Below are positions 1-14,501 of a stretch of DNA of 64,000 bases, one piece after another. The DNA comes from Octopus vulgaris (lineage: Eukaryota). The notes beneath the pieces were generated by a model. The model saw only the letters and a list, made by a program, of their open reading frames with translations. It did not search any database and was not told the DNA's origin. The stretch spans positions 112,778,001 to 112,842,000 of the forward strand of contig OX597821.1 of the NCBI GenBank assembly GCA_951406725.2, given 5' to 3'. The stretch's first letter is position 1. The number at the start of each line of letters is the position of its first letter. The translations under genes and the position numbers were made by a program.

Positions 1-1749
1 AAAGAATAAGGCGAGAAACGAGTAATAGTAGGCATTAAAAGATGAAGGAAACGGTGACTGCATGATGTAAACGATGCGATAGATATTAGCGACAAGGGTA
101 ATATTGATGCCGAGGAGTGATATATATCCCCCACTTGAATGTGGATATAATGTTAGAACAAACTTAACTGCGATGTGTAAATAACAATGAAGGAAGCCAA
201 GGTAAACCAAGAACGGAGTAACGACTGGATGATGGGATGAGATGCAGAATAAAGAATGGTGGAAATTTAGACAAACAGAAGAAATGGTAGTAGACATAAA
301 AGGAAATTATGAAGAACTGATAGATTTGGTCAAATAAGAAGGGATATAAAGGCTTATAAAAGATGAAGGAAATGGTGTCTGAATGATGTAAACTATGTGA
401 TAGATGAGTAAAGAGTGACGGAGAAGTTTAGGTAAAAGCAAGAAGGGAGTGATTGTAGATATACAAGAAAATAATGGCGGAATGTAATGAAGGAAAAAGA
501 ATGACGAAGAATTTTGAATGAAACAAGAAGGAATAAAAAGTTTATAAATGACAAAGAAAACGATGACGATATGAAATAAATGGTGTGTTTTGAGGAATAA
601 AGAATGATGAAGAATTTCGATTGAAACAAAAAAATGAAATGATAGCAGATATAAAAGACGTAGAAAAATAACCAGGAAGGGATAATGTAAACATTTGATA
701 ATTGAATAAAGAAAGTTCTGGAGATGCGAAATAATACAAGAAGAGAATAGAGAGTTGAGAATAGAATGACTGAGCCAATATTATCAAGAGAATTACAATA
801 GAAGAGTTTATAACACAATAGGATTAGATAAGATTAGAGTAGTTGATTTCGCAAATATTACGTGAATGGGGGAGATTAAAACCTGCGAGCTGGAAGAGTA
901 GGGAAATGGCAGTCTTAAAAATAAAGGTGTTACAAGGCGAAAAGTGAAGCAATTTGATTGCCGAGTAAAATTGAAATAAAATCTGTAATAATAGACAGGG
1001 AAAAAATATTTTAAAAAATATAGAAAGAAAGCTATTATGTAACTACAAGAAAAGAATGGAGGCACTAAGAATAAGATGAGAATGGAATAAATTATATTGC
1101 GGATTAAATTTATTTTTATTTGTTTCTTTATTTTGGATTGTTGTTTTCGCTCGCGATTACAGACTAGAATATGTTTCTTAAAGTCTAAGAGTAAGGGAAG
1201 GGTGTGCAATAAAGGTTAATAAAGGGTAAGGGATTAGGGGCCTATGAATAATGAACAGTGACTAATAAGATACAACTCTGAAAAAGGGGGGAGTGGCCTT
1301 AACGAATAAGAAGGGGTTTATTGAAACAAAAATGTGTTAGTAAGACAGTACTGGGGTGGAGGGGTAAGGATAAGGGTCTGGAGATAAATGAAACTCGTGA
1401 ACGGAATCCTTATTTCGAAAGACAACGATCCACAGGATCAATTTTCTTCTCGCGTTTGCGTGAAATTAAACAAATGCAGAGTAAACTTCATATGAATAAA
1501 GCACTGATGTCTCCCTTCTTTGTTGGAATTGAGAGTCAGCCCTACAAACTAATGAAATGCATTTGTACAAAGAACGCCATCGCCGCTGACACTAGCAATT
1601 TATAATTTAGCCTGAGATACAGGCTAAAGTCGTTCATCTTGTCTTTGCCAAGATACGAAACATTTAACATTACACTTTTAGCTGCTTACCTATCACCCGG
1701 TCAGTTCAACCACAGCCTTCATTAAGCACAAAGAAAACGTGAGTTATAT

Positions 1750-2120
1750 TGGTTTCAAAATTTGGCACAAGACCAGCAATTTCAAGGGATTACACCGACC
1801 TCAGTGCCAGACTGGTACCTATTTTATCAACCCGGAAAGGATGAAAGGCAATGTCGACCTCGGTGGAATTTGAACTCAGAAATTCTGCGTGTTAACGATT
1901 CTGCTCACTCGCTTTATTAAAGTACAAGGCCAGCAAATACAGGGGACGGCGTGTGTTGATTACATTGACCCTCAATGTTCAACTGGTACTTCTTTTATCA
2001 ATGCCGAAAGGGTAAAAAGCATAGTCAGCCCCAGCGGAATTTGAACCCACAAAGTAAAAAGCGACAAAATGCCACTAAGCATTTTGTCTGGCGCTGTAAC
2101 GACTCTGCCAAGTTTCTGTC
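1750..2120 (-). mobile_element. Two degenerate copies of tRNA-derived SINE family B
   Basis: Reverse-complement matches to the family B body (aaaggatgaaaggcaatgtcgacctcggtggaatttgaactcagaa) at ~1835-1882 and ~2005-2050; diverged. Confidence 0.75.
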
Positions 2121-3264
2121 TTAAAACGTGAGTTATGTATATGTGTGTGCATACGACCTCAGCTTTCGTTTCCTTGCCTGTTTTGTAATAAGTGTTAGCA
2201 GCCTAGTCTTCTTCAAATCACGCCTCGACATATCGTATCGAGTCTGCACACATTAGAAAATCACACCTACATAATCGTAAATATATGGTAAGTTTACGAG
2301 TGGAAGGATGTTGGCCACAAGTCCTACAGGATCATTTTTGATCTGGCTATAAAGGGTGAATAGGTGATAACTTAATCATGTTTGAAAAAACAGAGGGGAG
2401 CAAATTATCGTTATGTGTTCGTGAAGAAGTTTAGTTGAAATTGAGAAATATGGCGAAATGATGGGAAAGAAGTTTAAGTGAAAGAATAAGGCGAGAAACG
2501 AGTAATAGTAGGCATTAAAAGATGAAGGAAATGGTGACTGAGTTAAGAGGTCAGCTCGGTAAAAATCGGCAGCGTTTACGACACCAGAAGGCCTTTTCCG
2601 ACTTAGGGGACTGGTGGCTGAAAACTCTACAATGGGAATGTCTAGGTGAAAATTATGATTAGGGAGGAGATCGGAAAATGATGTCCGACTGTTTGTAAAA
2701 CGTTCCCAAGGACAAAGAAGAGACGTTAACCAGAACAACGTGTTAAGATCTACCGCGTTATCCAGTTTATAAGGACGACACGGCGAGAAACGATGATAAA
2801 CGAAGCTAGGTTTGTTGTCAACTGATTCTTTTTACAAGAGACGTAAATCGAGCAAAGGAATAAAACCAAGGAACTGGTAATAAAAATTAATTGAGAAGAC
2901 AGGAAAGAATAATTAAGGAAGAAAACGCCAGATCAATTAACAATCTGACTGTGTGAGATTGTCAGTTACGAAGGTTATTGTGGAAAAAAAAACATAAATT
3001 AAATAATTGAATGTGCGATGCAATCAACGTAGTATTAGGCTCTTTTGCTCTTTTAATTGCTTCAGCCATTGAACTGTGGCCATGCTGGAGTACTGATTTG
3101 TAGGGTAAACTGAACAAATTGATTTCCATACTTGATTTAAGTGCAGTGTCTGGTTCTATGTTACGGATACGCTAAACATAAACAACGGTTTGCCAAAGGG
3201 TGGTAGGTGGGTCAGACACAATGACACATGCATCCACACATACATACACACACACGCACATATA

Positions 3265-3803
<539 letters not shown>

Positions 3804-3842
3804 ATAGAAGATATATATATATATATATATATATACCTTTTA

Positions 3843-4239
3843 TCTCTTTTACTTGTTTCAGCCATTTGACTGCGGCCATGCTGGAGCACCGCCTTTAGTT
3901 GAGCAAATCGACCCCAGGACTTATTCTTTGTAAGCCTAGTACTTATTCTATCGGTCTCTTTTGCCGAACCGCTAAGTGACGGGGGCGTAAACACACCAGC
4001 ATCGGTTGTCAAGCGATGTGGGGTACAAACACAGACACACAAACTTATACACACACATACATATATATATACATATATACGACAGGCTTCTTTCAGTTTC
4101 CGTCTACCAAATCCACTCACAAGGCTTTGGTCGGCCCGAGGCTATAGTAGAAGACACTTGTGCAAAGTGCCACGCAGTGGACTGAACCCTGAACCATGTG
4201 GTTCGTAAGCAAGCTACTTACCACACAGCCACTCCTGCA
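3843..4239 (-). mobile_element. SINE family A, near full length
   Basis: Reverse complement of the copies at 27102 and 33421 along the whole length. Confidence 0.9.
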
Positions 4240-4240
4240 C

Positions 4241-4351
<111 letters not shown>

Positions 4352-4547
4352 CACACACACACACACGACGAACCACCAACACAATTTCTGTCTACTAATC
4401 TCTTTCACAAGGCACTGGTCAGCCCAGGGTTATAGAAGAAGACACTTACGAAAGCTGCTGAGCGGTGGAACTGAACCGGAAGCCAAGCGGTTGAGTACCC
4501 AACTTCTTAACCACTTAACCACAAATCTATGCCTACGCTAACAAGAG

Positions 4548-4630
<83 letters not shown>

Positions 4631-4658
4631 GACACAAAATGTGTGTTGGTGGTTCGTC

Positions 4659-4694
<36 letters not shown>

Positions 4695-4746
4695 CTTGTC
4701 TGGGCTATGAAAGGTGTTTGTATATTTTTGTTGGTCGAAATCATGT

Positions 4747-4838
4747 AATTCCTGACGAAGAATCTAATTTTTATTTCAAGAAGAGTATTTTACTTTTGTC
4801 TTTGGAATTGATTCGACTCCAAAACAATTTGTAGAATT
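4747..4838 (+). ncRNA. Degenerate type I hammerhead ribozyme motif with long helix II
   Basis: aattc-CTGACGA-a-gaatc...gattc-GA[ctccaa]AAC-aattt-GTA-gaatt; helix I aattc/gaatt is perfect, GAAA core interrupted by a short insertion. Confidence 0.5.
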
Positions 4839-4942
4839 TCGATTGGATCTGTACCAACCTGGATTATGAATTAAAGATCGTCTGCAACTACATTTTTTCT
4901 TCCTTTCCTCATACTTCATACATATGTGTGTGTGTGTAAAAG

Positions 4943-5278
4943 CGTAATGTGGCTGTCCCGGAAGGGACGATTCTTACTATTATTTAACCCCAGGAAACAA
5001 CGTTTCCCGGTGGCTATACGGCACAATATCTGTGCCCTTATATTTTCGAACAGGGAGTCCAGCACTTCCATCCAGCACTTCCATCCAGTACAAAGCAACA
5101 TCTGCGGGCCTGCTTCTGGATTATTATCCTTTATGTTGCTTTGTGCAGGTTGGGAGTGCTCGACTCCATGTTCGAAAATATAAGGACACAGATATTGTGT
5201 CGATTAGCTAGCTGGAAACGTTCTTTCCTGGGGCTAAGCAGCAGTAACAATGGTCCCTTTCAGGACAGCCAGATTATG
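4943..5278. mobile_element. Foldback/palindromic MITE (~335 bp)
   Basis: Arm ~4945-5101 is the imperfect reverse complement of ~5133-5276 (cacaatatctgtgcccttatattttcgaaca vs tgttcgaaaatataaggacacagatattgtg); ~30 bp spacer. Confidence 0.85.
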
Positions 5279-6179
5279 TCGGCAAATAGCCTTTACTTCA
5301 AAGAACTGTTACTGAATATCTCTCATTGAGAGATTTAGAAATAATAATGTTTATATATATGCATATGCATGTGCGCATACATAATATTAATTTTGTGTGT
5401 ATGTGTTAGTGCATGTGTATCTATCTTTGTAGCGAAATATACTTTTTATATAAAACACTCTGATTCGGCACATAACATTTGGTAATCGAATAAAAGACCT
5501 GGCAACACACAAGGGTATGTTTTTAAAAATATCTAAATAGGCTCAAGAAGAAATTTTGCGTTTTAAAGGGTTATTCTTGCATGTTTTAGAAAGCGAAAGA
5601 ATTGCTAGCCATCAACGTAAATAATAAAGAATGAAGAATACAGAAAAACGGTGAATTGAGGTGGCTGGAATAATAAAATCAAGGAAAGGGTTAAGTAAAA
5701 ATGGGAGGCGAAAAAACGAATAAAAATGGTAAGCAGAGAGATCTTAGGGCAATTGAATCTCTTAAAAACAGGATGGAAAGAAATACGGAAAAAAATAAAA
5801 CCACTGCTACAATTAAGATTGTGAGAGGCTGTACGAAAATGAAAGCAAAGAATGGCAAATGCGAAAGTACTGGGAATAAAAGAATTAATGATAGCGCGAA
5901 CAATAGAAGAGCGAGAGAGAAAAACGTGGAAAAGAAAAATAGAGTCTGATGTAGTTTAAGGGAAAGAGAGAGAGAGAGGTGAGTGTTAGAGAGAGAGGGA
6001 AAGAGAAAGAGAGAGGGGGGTCAAGTGTGAGAATAATAGAAAGAAAGAAGTAGAATATAACAGAACGAAGAAGGTCGATGCCAACATGAATATATGTGTG
6101 TGTACGCCAATGTATGTATATGTATATACATGGAGATATATATATATATGCACGTGTGTGTGCACATACACACACACAT

Positions 6180-6564
<385 letters not shown>

Positions 6565-6566
<2 letters not shown>

Positions 6567-7640
6567 AGGTCAAAGTACAAAGGCTCAGACGCATTACCAA
6601 AAGAACCTTCTATAGACATAACAAGACCTTCAAAGAAAATGCGAAAAAGTTCTACTGAGAACTGGAAGAAAAGAAAATATGTGTAAGCCAACCACCGACA
6701 ATTGAAGAACTGGAAAATTTTTGGAGTAACGTCTGGAAGAAGTGCAAAATCTATAATGAGGAGACAAAATGGATCCAGGAAGAACAAGAGCTTAATATGA
6801 GCGGTGAATCCCAAGTTCGGACTGATATAGCATTTGAAGAAATTACGGATGTTAGCAATAAAGCAAACAAATGGAAAACGGTGGGATGCGATGGAATTGC
6901 CAAATTTTGGATTAAAAATCTTGTTAGTACTCATAAAGACCTAGTATTCTTTTATACTCTAGGCACAAGGCCCGAAATTTTGGGGGAGGGAGCTAGTCGA
7001 TTAGATCGACCCCAGTACGCAACTGGTACTTAATTTATCGACCTCGAAAGGATGAAAAGCAAAGCCGACCTCAGCGGAATTTGAACTCAGAACGTAAAAA
7101 CAGACAAAATACCGCTAAGCCTTTTGCCCAGCGTGCTAACGTTTCTGCCAGCGCACCGCCTTTCATAAAGATTGAGTATTGGCACAGGACAACATCCTGA
7201 AAGACCTTGATTCATGCCCCAAATGGTTTACGGAAGGAATATCATCCCTCCCCTAAGGACAACGGAGAATGCAATTCCCATGTATTACAGGTCTATCACT
7301 TGCATTCCCACCATTTTCAAAATCTTCACGTCTGTTATCTCAGAGAGTACTTGCACATTCCTCGAAAGAGAGAAAGCAACAACTTGCTACCAAAAGAAGG
7401 AAAACGGTTCCGAAAAAGAAGCTCTAGCTATATGGATCAGCTGCTAATCAACAAAGCCAGCTTGGAAGAAGTGAAGCGAAGAACATGGGAAGACTATAAG
7501 AAAGCTTTTTACAGTTTCCCCCATACTTGGATTGCAAAGGGCTTCGAAATTTATAAAATCGCTCCAACCATCACCAACTTCATCAAAACCAACATGAAAG
7601 CACGGAAGCCATGCAAAAAGAACACTGACATCAAAAGCCA
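6565..7640 (+). pseudogene. R4/Dong-clade non-LTR retrotransposon reverse transcriptase fragment, interrupted by a SINE
   Basis: Translations KWKTVGCDGIAKFWIKNL, YRSITCIPTIFKIFTSVIS, DQLLINK, WEDYKKAFYSFPHTWI resemble RT domains 0-3 of R4/Dong elements; stops and frameshifts present. Confidence 0.85.
6945..7162 (-). mobile_element. SINE family B (tail type 2) with ~18-bp TSD
   Basis: TSD tcataaagacctagtatt (6931-6948) / tcataaagattgagtatt (7163-7180). Confidence 0.9.
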
Positions 7641-7675
7641 TAAATAATACAAGTGGAATATTTCTATAATAATAA

Positions 7676-8100
7676 TCCTTGCTACTATAAACACACAAGG
7701 CATGACATTTTGGGGGAGGGAACCAGTCGATTAGATCAACTCCAGTACGCAACTGGTACTTAATTTATCGACTTTCCCAAAGGATAAAAGGTAAAGTCGA
7801 CCACGGCGGAATTTGAATTCAGAACGTTAAGAGGGACGAAGTACCGCTAAGCATTTCGCCCGGCGTGCTAACGTTTCTGCCAGCTAGCTGCGTTTAATAA
7901 TAATAATAATCCTTTCTCTTATAGGCACAAATTTTCGGGGAGAGAGTCAGTCGATTGATTCGACCCTTGTACTCAGCTGGTACTTGTTGAATCGACCCTG
8001 AAAGGATGAAATGCAAAGTCAACCTCGGCGGCATTTGAACTCAGAAAGTATACAGCCAGAGGAAATCCCGCTGAGCATTTTGTCCGCTGCACTTGGCACT
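7676..8100 (-). mobile_element. Two further SINE family B copies
   Basis: Body ...aaagtcgaccacggcggaatttgaattcagaacg...ctaagcatttcgcccggcgtgctaacgtttctgccagct; second copy more diverged. Confidence 0.85.
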
Positions 8101-8395
8101 AACTGCGTAAGGAATATGACGACGAAAACGTCCTCATTTTGCGAAGAGAATATAGAGGAAAAAAGTAGACCAAAGATGTGCGCGTGTGTGTGAGAGAGAG
8201 GAGGGGAGAGGGGAAAGGAGGAGGGAAGAAAGGGGAGGAGAAGAGAGGGTGAGGGAAAGAAAAAAGTGCATAGAAACAAAGACATTCAGAATAAAGGCGA
8301 TAGTAATTAGAAATGAATAATTGAAACATGACTTCAATATTAGGATGATGTTATCGGCTTTCGTACATTCAGATTCACAACGAGGTTAGATGTAT

Positions 8396-8397
<2 letters not shown>

Positions 8398-8466
<69 letters not shown>

Positions 8467-8538
8467 ATATGGATAGATAGATAGATAGATATAGATATAT
8501 AAATGTATGTATGCATGTATGCATGTATGTATATATGT

Positions 8539-8588
<50 letters not shown>

Positions 8589-8622
8589 GTATGTATGCAT
8601 GTATGCATGTATGTATATATGT

Positions 8623-8664
<42 letters not shown>

Positions 8665-8963
8665 GTATGTATGTATGTATGTATGTATGTATGTATGTAT
8701 ATATATATATAAATGTATGTATGTATGTATGTATGCATGTATGTATATATGTATACATATATATATATATATATGCATATATACATATATGCATATTTGT
8801 ATATATGTATATATGTATATATATATATATGTATTTATACATATATATATATACATATATATAAATATGTATGTATGTGTGTATGTATATATATGTATGT
8901 ATGTATATACTCATATGTATATATACATATCTATATATATAGATACATATACATACATACATA

Positions 8964-9003
<40 letters not shown>

Positions 9004-9580
9004 TGTATATGTGCATAAATATATGTGCATATATATACATTTATATGTATTTACATACAGATAGATATAAATACATGTGTGTTCCTATATAGATACATAT
9101 ATGTCTATATGTATATATATATATATACACATACACACACGCACGCACACATGCACACACACAGACGAACACAGACGCATATACATGTATGTTTATGTGT
9201 ATATATGGATATATACATAACGTTGTTGAGAATCTGAATTTACTAAAGCCCATAGAATATATATATATATATACATGTATGTATGTATGTATGTATGTAT
9301 GTATGTATGTATGTATGTATGTATGTATGTATGTATGTATGTATATATATATCACGCGCTCTTGTGCCTGAGTGTGCGTGTGTGTAAATACACGCATTAA
9401 CACACACACACGTGTATAGCAAAACATCAAATGTCAGCCTGGTAATATGTAATTATACATAAAAAATTGGCTTAAACCAAATGACATTGAACATATAGAT
9501 ATATGCCATGTATCTATATACGTATGTGTATGCGCTAGTGCTCGTGTATACGTGCTTATGTGTGTATGTGTTTGTATGTA

Positions 9581-9630
<50 letters not shown>

Positions 9631-9940
9631 TATACATATATATGTATGTATGTATGTATACATACATATACATGCATATATATACATACATACATACATA
9701 CATACATAAATACACACACATGTAATTACGATATACGAATGTGTTTATGTTTGAATGTATGTATGTAAATATCTCTCTATCTATCTGTCTGTTTACCCAC
9801 CCACCCGCCCATACACACACACATACGCACGCACACACACACACACATACTCATATATTTATATATATATATATATATATATTCACACACGCATATATTC
9901 TTATAGATTTATACGCAGAAACACATATTCATAAATACAC
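8398..9940. repeat. Long TA/TATG/CA low-complexity microsatellite field
   Basis: Directly visible. Confidence 0.95.
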
Positions 9941-10204
9941 GTAACTCGATGTAAATCATTTTTTAAACCTAATTATGCCTTATCGATCTGTTATCTGGCA
10001 TTTTTTTATGTTTCATTGACCCCTTCGCTAAAATCTCGTACAAAGAAATATTTCCATCTTATCTACGAAATTTTTACTCATCTCACCAATAATATACATA
10101 TATACATACATATATACATACATGCATAGATAGGTAATTGGCGTATGTATATATATATTAGGAGTCGTTTCTTCTTTCCCAGCACCACATTCAATATCTG
10201 TCTG

Positions 10205-10243
<39 letters not shown>

Positions 10244-10344
10244 CTCTATCTATCTATCTCACTCTCTGTCTCTCTCTTTATATATATATATATACGGTGC
10301 ATCAGCATGGCCGCAGCTCTGAACTGAAACTTTAATATATATAT

Positions 10345-10382
<38 letters not shown>

Positions 10383-10399
10383 GTATAAGCATGTATGTA

Positions 10400-10445
<46 letters not shown>

Positions 10446-10492
10446 GTGTGTTTGTGTGTATAAATATATATTTATATGTATAAGCATGTATG

Positions 10493-10529
<37 letters not shown>

Positions 10530-11040
10530 TTATTTATTTATTTATTTATATGTGTGTTTGTGTGCGCGTATGTGTGTGAGTGAGTGTGTGCTTGCATGTT
10601 TCTGTGTCTCTGTGCGTGTGTGTGCGCGCGCGCGTTTGTGTGTATACAGAGATAGATAAACACGTAAGTAGAGAGAGAGAGAGAGAGAGGTGGGGCAAAA
10701 GAGAGAGTGTGAGGTGAGATTAACCTTTAAAAAAATACATGCTCGAGCAGAGCGGAAAAAAAAAAATTACCTGAAAAGTACGTGAGAGAAATCATATATT
10801 TATATTAAATATTTGATGAAAGAAATACTTTCTTGTTTCATTAAATACATGATGGGAAAAGAAGAAAAAAAACATATTTCACGTTAGGTACATGAAAGTG
10901 GAAAACATATATTAGACATTAAACACGCTATGTATAAAATTGAAAGGAAAGAAACTGCCCAGGAAACAAGGGACAAGTAGACATTTACAAAGTTTCTATA
11001 GACAGCAAACTCAATATACATACATGTATACATACATATA

Positions 11041-11262
11041 TTATGGCTGCCCCCCTCGTTATCGAGTATGGCCATGGCACGAAGCTTAACTGTTACTGGT
11101 GCTGTGATCGAATGTGACTTTTTAGCCCAGCTAAAGATCTACAATGTCTTGTACAGAATTGGCAACTAAAACCTTTACCGGTAATAGCCGGCTGTAGTTG
11201 TAACTGGGCTTCATGTACCTTTGCATGTCGTTTAAGTCCTCCTGCCGAATTACACTCTCTTC
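11041..11262 (-). mobile_element. 3' end of an RTE-type LINE (terminal C2H2 finger plus 3' UTR)
   Basis: Closely matches 34642-34864 (about ten differences); encodes FSCQFCTRHCRSLAGLKSHIRSQHQ*. Confidence 0.8.
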
Positions 11263-11292
11263 CATACATACATATATAGATACATACCTACA

Positions 11293-11350
<58 letters not shown>

Positions 11351-11639
11351 TGTGTGTGTGTGTATGTGTTTGTGTGTGTGTGTGTTTATTCCAGGCTGTG
11401 ACAAGTTCAATAGAAACTAAGTCCAGCCACTTAGAATAAGACACTCAAAGAGTAGCGTTTGAAAATGATTAAAGTATAAAGTATTTAATCCATAATCGTT
11501 AGTCCGACAAAGTATATTTTCTGAGGCTAACGATTATGATTTTATGCATACTTACATAAGCGTCTATATTGCTACAAATTAGAGTTTAAAACTTTTGTAC
11601 AATATATATACACTGACCCCCATGACCACCTCGAGAAAC

Positions 11640-11680
11640 ACTAGCCTAGTTTCGCCTATGCTGTAGGCATTGTCAGTAGT
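11640..11680 (-). ncRNA. Degenerate Penelope-type hammerhead motif
   Basis: acta-CTGACAA-t-gccta(cagca)taggc-GAAAC-tag-GC-tagt; helices I and II intact, two core changes. Confidence 0.5.
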
Positions 11681-11796
11681 AACTAAAAAAACGGTCAAGA
11701 GCTTGGCTAATTCTGTCCGCCATTATAAATATTTTTATCATAAATAAATAGCTGATTTAGCGAAGTATGTGTATATATATATATATATATATATAC

Positions 11797-13257
11797 ACGG
11801 AAAGAATAGATAAACAGTTACCAGGGCAGCAAAATAGCACACGAGTAATATGGACGTAACACCCTGTTTGTAAAGGTAGTAACTTCGGGTTGATGTGAAA
11901 TATTTTGTATGATATATATAAATAAATAAATGGAGTTAAACGCATGTTTTATTCAAATTCTTTTGCTTCCGACACATGTTTCAGAGACAACATTGGTATT
12001 ATTCCAAAGGAATAAAATGGTGTAAAACAATGTAATCTTCTCTTTAGGAAAAGAAAGAAATAAACCAAACTCATCACTAAGACATTTTAACAGCATATGA
12101 TGGATGTGTATAATGATGAACTGAACGCTATTAAGTTTTTTAAAAAAAAACGTTAGAGGATATAGCGTCGGGTAAAGGAAAGAAATAAGCAGAAAACTAA
12201 TAAATGAGAAATATAGAGTGATATGTGAATTAAATAAAAGCTTAAAGGCTTGGAAAATGATATATCAAGTGGAAGTGAAATGTAAGAAAGTCAATGTTCA
12301 AATTATATATAATGGTAGATATCACTTATATGAACTAAATGTATGTTTCTGCCAATGTTTACATCGATAAGCACGCTCTATAACCGTGTTTACAAGAGGA
12401 TTCTTAGAAAAAAGAATAAAAATAGCTCAGTAATACAGAGTTGGTTGAACTCTTTGCCTTTATCATATGGGAATGAAATGGAGAGAATCAACCAATCTAA
12501 ATTAAATTGTTTATTGTGGTATTTTAGATACCAAATTAATTTACTAAGCCCTGTACTGTTGCGTTTATTACTATCCCTAAATATGGAGTAAGGCATATAA
12601 ATTCTTTTAGATAACTGAGAAAGAGAACTACCTATACAAAAAAAGACATCGGTACCCAAAGTAATTTTACACTGGTATATAAAGTTTTTAATCTTAGAAT
12701 TACTAGACATAAATTTAATTCTGTTAGAATTGACTTCAGAGACAATAACATTGTTATTAATATTTCTAGGGGGATGGTTGGTATTAGCTAAATTAATATT
12801 AATATTAATAACGGTATTCTTATTTAACAGACTAATGATATTATATGAGAAGATAATTTGTGAGAGATTTTTTGTGTTGGAAAAAACAATCCTAACCGTG
12901 TGCGAGTTGATAATAGAGTAATACCTAGAATTCTTTGGAAAATTCCTATACAGATAAAGTTACCTACATTAATTCCATTCAATCTTATTCTACCTTTAGT
13001 AATAGAGACATGAAATCTAGTTGTAAGTATATAAATGATATCAATTTTAATTTATACACCAACACCAAACAGAGGAAGGGAGATAACCGTTGTTTAAACC
13101 CCTTTTTTCATTCTAAAGGTAAATTGGTGCCTTTTAAAGATAGTTACACTAAAAATAAGGCAACTAATAGCAAAATTAGTTGGTTGATTATTCCTTATGG
13201 GAGGCAAATTAAATCTAATCTTCCTTTCCAGTTTCGGGAACCTATTATTAGGAATTT
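11797..13257 (-). mobile_element. Penelope-like element 3' portion with GIY-YIG endonuclease, 5'-inverted segment and degenerate hammerhead
   Basis: Minus-strand NFIYQCKI..FCIGSS..LSKRIY..STGLSKLIWYLK..WLIL..PY..QLCITE..LVN..E..CKH; linker FPKNSRYYSIINSHTVRIVFSNTKNLSQII; HHR-like tttc-CTAAAGA...GAAAC-atgt-GTC-ggaa at 11967-12051. Confidence 0.85.
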
Positions 13258-13307
13258 ATGTGTGTGTGTGTGTGTGTGTGTGTGTTTCTGTGTGTGTGTG
13301 TGTGTGT

Positions 13308-13374
<67 letters not shown>

Positions 13375-13737
13375 TGTGTGTATGTGTGTATGAATGTATG
13401 TATGTATGCATGTGTGTGTATGCGTGTGCTTTTAATGAATGCATAATCTGGAGAAACTGTCTCTTCAAATGTCTAGTTGATCATATGGACCTCGATATGT
13501 ATTTCTGTTCATTACTTATCTGCTGCTTTGCACATTTTGTTTGTCGAACTGCTAAGTTACTGAATATAGACTAATGCAAATATGATCAACGCTGTTTTCT
13601 TAGACCTTAATCATATTCATACACATACATGTATACGTACATACATTCATTCTTACATGCACCCATCCATCCATACATACATATACATACATCCATGAAC
13701 ACATATAAGGTGGCCCAAAAGTAGGTTTACAGTTATT

Positions 13738-13962
13738 CATGATTGTAAGATTGTGGTTTCAATCCCTGGACCAAGTGATGCATTGTGTTCTTGAGCAAGA
13801 CACACCATTTCAATTAGCTGCAGTCCACTCAAGTGGCAAAATTGAGCAACCCTGCGAGGGACTGGCGTCCCATCCAGTTGGTGAATGTATACGCCATGGA
13901 AACCGGGAAAGCGGGAAACCGGCCTGTTATGAGCCTGACATGGCTCAAGAAGGAAACCTTTT
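13738..13962 (+). mobile_element. Degenerate CORE-like tRNA SINE
   Basis: B-box-like ggtttcaatccc followed by tgtgttcttgagcaagacac as in family C; different tail. Confidence 0.65.
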
Positions 13963-14147
13963 ACATATACGTGTGCTTTTCTGCTCGATGATTTTCAGGA
14001 CAAATTTCACCCGCAATCTGACCCCTTTGAGGTCACAGCAAAAGTTGTTTTACCCAGTAGCAGTGTACTGGGATCGAACTGGAAACCGCGTGATTATGAA
14101 GTGAACTCCTTAAACTTTTCAACCATGAATGTGCATATGTGATTTTG

Positions 14148-14402
14148 TGTTGTAGTAGCGGTTGTAGATGTGACGGTGGCGGCGGCGGCGGCGGTGGTGG
14201 TGGTGGTGGTGATGGTAGTCGTGCTTGTAGTAGTGGCGGTGGTAGTATTAGTAATAGTAGTATCAGTTATAGTTGCAGTAGTGGTAGGAGCGTGGTAGTG
14301 GTGGCGGTGGTCGTCATCTTCGTTCTTGTAGTAGTGGTGGTGGTAGTAGTGCTGGTGGAGGTAGCAGCATTGATATAAATGGTTGTTGTAGTAGGGGTGG
14401 TC

Positions 14403-14468
<66 letters not shown>

Positions 14469-14469
14469 T

Positions 14470-14501
<32 letters not shown>

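Noticed and set aside
393-1209. Hydrophobic minus-strand ORFs resembling membrane proteins
   Set aside because: A consequence of pyrimidine-rich strand composition; no motif support.
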